A DNA stretch of 63,836 nt, the filler included, from Sphacelaria rigidula (Eukaryota), in NCBI GenBank assembly GCA_964200075.2. It is 9 parts of 9 records of this genome, joined end to end, with 100 filler letters (N's around TTAATTAATTAA, not from the genome) between each part and the next. Parts side by side here need not be neighbours in the genome. Positions count along the whole stretch, not along the records: positions 56,834 to 63,836 come from CAXNAA020017001.1; 8 more parts are not named here. One strand, given 5' to 3'. Below the pieces are notes generated by a model, which was not told the origin of the DNA, made no database searches, and saw nothing but the letters and a program-made list of their open reading frames with translations. This document shows, piece by piece, positions 61,866 through 63,836 of this stretch (position 1 is the first letter of the stretch; every line of letters starts with the position of its first letter). Both the position numbers and the translations under genes were made by a program.

Positions 61866-62560
61866 ACCATTGCTACCTGCCGCTCACACACGATTGTGAG
61901 GTAGAAGGTCCCAGAAGGATTAACCCTTAGACCGCGAGGAGGGTAGTCCATCTGGATCACGCATACGTTTTCAAGTGGAATTGATATCGATTCAACAGGT
62001 GACCTATACTCTTGCCTTGGACCGCAATCAACGCCCTACTCTCAATCTCACGAAACTATCGCTACCTGCCGTTAACACGCGATTGCGAGGTTGACGGTCC
62101 CAAAAGGTTTAAGAGGAGGGTAGTGGATTTGGATCACGCATACGTTTTCAAGTGGAATTGATACCGATTCAACAGGTGATCTACTCTTGCCTTGGACCGC
62201 AATCAACGCCCTACTCTCAATCTCACGAAACTATCGCTACCTGCCGTTAACACGCGATTGCGAGGTTGACGGTCCCAAAAGGGTTATAACCCTTAGACCG
62301 CGAGGGGGATAGTCTATCTGGATCACCCATACTTTTTCAAGTGAAATTGGTGCCGATTCAGCATATGACCTACCCTCGCGGTCAACGGATCGCGGTGCGG
62401 GTAGTCCATCTGCATCATGCATTCTTTTTTCAAATGAATATTGATACCGATTCAGCAGGTGACCTATTCTCGCGGTCGAAGGGTAGTCCATCTGTATCAT
62501 GCATAGTGCTTTTTTCAAGTGACATCAATGCCGATTCAACAGATGACCTATTCTCGCCAT
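61837..62560 (+). repeat. Tandem array of ~175-190-bp units (3 copies) followed by shorter sub-repeats
   Basis: AATCAACGCCCTACTCTC at ~61837, ~62026 and ~62201. Recurrent GGGTAGTCCATCTG..TGAT(A/G)CCGATTCA motif. Confidence 0.85.
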
Positions 62561-63319
62561 GTAGTGGTCAAGGACTACACCAGCATCGACACTGTGCGTG
62601 TGTGTGTCACACAGGGAAAAGGACAGCACTGGAGATTTTCCTTCTTTATTTGTCAAAGTTCTTCACCTTCCTTCTGCGGTACTTGCCTTTTATTTTTCAT
62701 GGCGAGAGGGGTTCACAGCAGCCCCTTTCCCTCATCGACCGTTAAGTCGAGTTTTGTGTACCCACGACATCGTCTCTCTCCACTATTGGGCATTGAGTGA
62801 GAAAAAAATCGAGATTGCTTCGACATTTGAACCCACGACCCAGTGAAAGGCGATGGCACGCTGACTCTTACTTGCCGTTGTATCCAGCGGAGACATACCG
62901 CACGCATACTGACTCTGTACGCTATTGACTGCTCGGTCAAACGGGTCAGCAGTTCCCCGGAATTATTTTCTATATAGATGCCCAGCATCCACATGGTTAT
63001 GATAAAATGCGTTTTTTTGTAACGAGAAAAAGAGCTGTTCTGAACCCCAGAAGTGGCATAGTCCATCTCAGTCCACCGGCGGGGCCGCTGAGGGTTAACC
63101 CTTGGACAGCGAGAGCAGGTCATCTGTTGAATCGGCATCAATTTCACCTCAAAGAAGTACGTATATTCCAAATGGACTACGTTCGCGGTCTAAGGTTGCC
63201 TCTCACAGCGTGATGGTAGTCCATCTGGATTATGCATTCTTTTTTCGAGTAGAAATGATGCCGACTCAACAAATCGCGGTCTTCCGGTAAATCCCTCTAG
63301 CGCCGCAGGTGTTCATGTG

Positions 63320-63836
63320 CGGAATCGGCATCATGTTTACTCGAAAAGGGCTGAACATGATGCCGATTCCACAAATGAATGAACATCTCCACTGGGTCGA
63401 AGCTTTCTATCTAGGCCGTAGAACAAAGCACTCTCTTGCTACGGAGCGATAGAACAAACACCCTCGCTGCCTGAGTGTTCGAGGTCTGCCTTTCTCGGGG
63501 TAAGACTGGGGTTAGTGTTGAAGTGCATTGCCTAAGTCTGTAAAGAATGCAGATACTGAGAATAAAGCCTTGGACGGCCGGAGGTGTCCATTTGTTGATG
63601 GCATCAAAAAACTAATTTGTGAAATCGACATCATTTTCACAAAGCGTCAGAGGTGTTCACTTGTGAAATCGGCATCATTTTTACTTGAAAAGAGTCTGAA
63701 AATGATGCCGATTCTACCACTGAATGAACACTTGAACACTTCAACTGGGTCGAAGGGTTTCTATCTACGCCGTCGGACGAAGCACTCTCTGCCTACGGCG
63801 CGATAGAGCACCATCGCTGCCCGAGTGTTTGAGGTC
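63320..63836 (+). repeat. Direct repeat (63320-63487 vs 63665-63836), each copy with an AATCGGCATCA..TGATGCCGATT hairpin
   Basis: Visible alignment. Confidence 0.75.

Larger units (their letters stand above)
58823..61919. mobile_element. Candidate ~3.1-kb non-autonomous TTAA-type element
   Basis: TTAA|CCCTTTTGGGACC ... GGTCCCAGAAGGA|TTAA. A perfect right end, GGTCCCAAAAGGG, survives in the tandem copy at 62271-62283. Confidence 0.5.

Noticed and set aside
57939-62560. CRISPR arrays
   Set aside because: Units are wholly repeated with no unique spacers; eukaryotic context and no cas genes.

Overview
Eukaryotic, intron-rich, repeat-dense DNA; the gene and transposon content suggests a brown alga or related stramenopile (inference). 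The window is not one locus. It is nine ~7,004-bp contigs joined by 100-bp N/TTAATTAATTAA/N linkers spaced exactly 7,104 bp apart, so adjacency across linkers has no biological meaning. Host genes: four exons of a CaMK-family kinase with CASK-like active-site changes (HRDLKPSS, GFG), three exons of a GT14 glycosyltransferase, and two large exons of a low-complexity protein of unknown function. Mobile DNA: two decayed Ty3/Gypsy elements (one integrase ends in a chromodomain plus a Tudor/PWWP-like domain); a Ty1/Copia fragment enclosed by ~570-bp inverted arms; a LINE ORF2 C-terminus; tRNA-derived SINEs; a foldback MITE with TAA TSD; a ~250-bp MITE family with 4-bp TSDs; and TTAA/piggyBac-like ends. 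The most distinctive signal is a LINE family whose 3' ends terminate in oligo(C) rather than poly(A), sit in C-rich tracts, and in one copy show a clean 14-bp target-site duplication.
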